NCBI RefSeq assembly: GCF_006345805.1 | Contig: NC_043007.1 | Location: forward strand, 5,146,001 to 5,210,000 | Reading direction: 5' to 3' | Origin: Octopus sinensis | Taxonomy: Eukaryota | Length of the DNA stretch: 64,000 nucleotides | In this document: piece by piece, positions 62,511-64,000 of the stretch | Position numbering within the stretch: the stretch's first letter is position 1 | Layout: each line of letters begins with the position of its first letter | Made by a program: the position numbers and the translations under genes | The notes under the pieces: model-generated | Seen by the model: the letters and a program-made list of their open reading frames with translations, nothing else | What the model was told of the DNA's origin: nothing | The model's database searches: none

Positions 62511-62919
62511 TAATAATAAAAATAATAATCATATTGGTATCACATATAGGTATAGGATGAGTAATTTTATTGACTCCAGAAAGATGGAAAGGGAAGTTGA
62601 CTATTGCAGGATTGAAACTTTTAGCATAAAGAACCGGAAGAAATTCTTCCTTAAGACATTTTGCCCAGCACTCGTCCAAAAAACTAACAATAATAATCCT
62701 TGGAGGAATGAAAGACGAAGTGAACTTTGGCAGGATTTGAACCCAGAACATAAAGAGAAAGAACAAATATAGCAAGACATACTCTAACATTTCTGCCAAG
62801 CTGCTGCTATAGACTAGAAGTTAATTGCATCGACCCATGAGCGGATGAAAGGCAAAGTTGAGAAGGATTTGAAACCAGAACATAAAGAGCAAGATACAAA
62901 ATACTGCCTCAAGGGATCT

Positions 62920-63175
62920 TTACTAAATACCTATTTATTTACTACCCACAAGGGGCTAAACACAGAGGGGACAAACAAGGACAGACAAATGGATTAAGTC
63001 GATTATATCGACCCCAGTGCATAACTGGTACTTATTTAATTGACCCCGAAAGGATGAAAGGCAAAGTCGACCTCGGCGGAATTTAAACTCAGAACATAGC
63101 AGCAGACGAAATATGGCTAAGCATTTCGCCCGGCGTGCTAACGTTTCTGCCAGCTCACCGTCATTACTAAATACC
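62920..63175 (-). mobile_element. Same Meta-like SINE family
   Basis: Full-length copy; 12-bp TSD TTACTAAATACC. Confidence 0.85.
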
Positions 63176-64000
63176 ATGAGGTATTTTGTCTAAGATTTTA
63201 CCAATCTCTCAATGACAATACTGCACTTAAGCATATGCACACACACACACACACACACACACACAGGCTTTGGGAATAGAGAAGTGCACCTGGAGGTGAA
63301 GTGGAAACTCACATGAAACTATTCAAACAAGATAATCATAATTTCTTCTCTTGTTTCTTTCACGTTTGCCAATCTTCATTGAATGAGCTTAGAACGATAA
63401 CAAAAGAAGAAAAGTGACTTCAGAATCAATGAAAGAAAATGTCTAAAATGAAATATAATGTTTGCTAAAGGAAATGAGTCTACTGACATGAATTTACATT
63501 CTTTCATTTGTAATTGCAGGACAATAAACTGATGACAATGAAGCCGTATCTTATGATATTTATCGGTTGATGTCTTTGGAGTCAAGCTTCATATTGCAGG
63601 AAGCAAGCCTTTGGCTAATTGAAATGGCTTTTCATTTGCTTTTACTTACACAACAAATGCTCTCAGTAAAGACAGGGGTACTCTAAATAGTGAACATCTA
63701 GACGAGGGGGGTGGGCATCCCCTATGTAGGTTAAGGGATGTCTAGATATGCAGCAGGTTTATAGAATTAGAAGATCTAAAGGGCATCCAAAGATCAATGC
63801 TGACCAGGTGCAGGCATGGCTGCAGTCTGGTTCGGAATCTCAATTTGCGACCTTATGGTTTCAGGCCCCGTCCCACTGCATGGCAAATGTCTCCTACTAA
63901 TGCCCTGGGATGACCAATGCCATCTGAGTGAATTTGGTGGATGAAATCAATGCAGAAGCCCATAAACACACACACACACACACACACGTACGTGTGTGTC

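Overview
AT-rich, microsatellite- and SINE-dense eukaryotic genomic DNA, inferred to be octopod cephalopod from the SINE families and repeat landscape. The only protein-coding gene I can support is a GRAMD4-like gene on the minus strand. Seven coding exons with GT-AG sites and compatible phases run from 38197 down to 2262, and the gene continues beyond the left edge. They include a 26-nt microexon and one exon (19301-19421) carrying two compensating 1-nt indels. The rest is intronic or upstream DNA filled with decayed transposons: Penelope GIY-YIG fragments, RTE, CR1 and R4/Dong-like RLE LINE ends, a full-length dead mariner, a non-autonomous Helitron and TTAA MITEs. At least four SINE families are present. 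Main hunt results: (i) Penelope-type minimal hammerhead ribozymes, one canonical and one A6U variant lying sense in a GRAMD4 intron; (ii) a recurring foldback architecture of two head-to-head hammerhead-like motifs reading outward, seen in several unrelated sequence families; (iii) a tailless SINE whose target-site duplications almost all begin with GGTA, matching its own 3' end; (iv) an SVA-like VNTR-containing SINE. Family assignments come from motif recognition by eye, not from database searches. Most computed ORFs are microsatellite or SINE artefacts.
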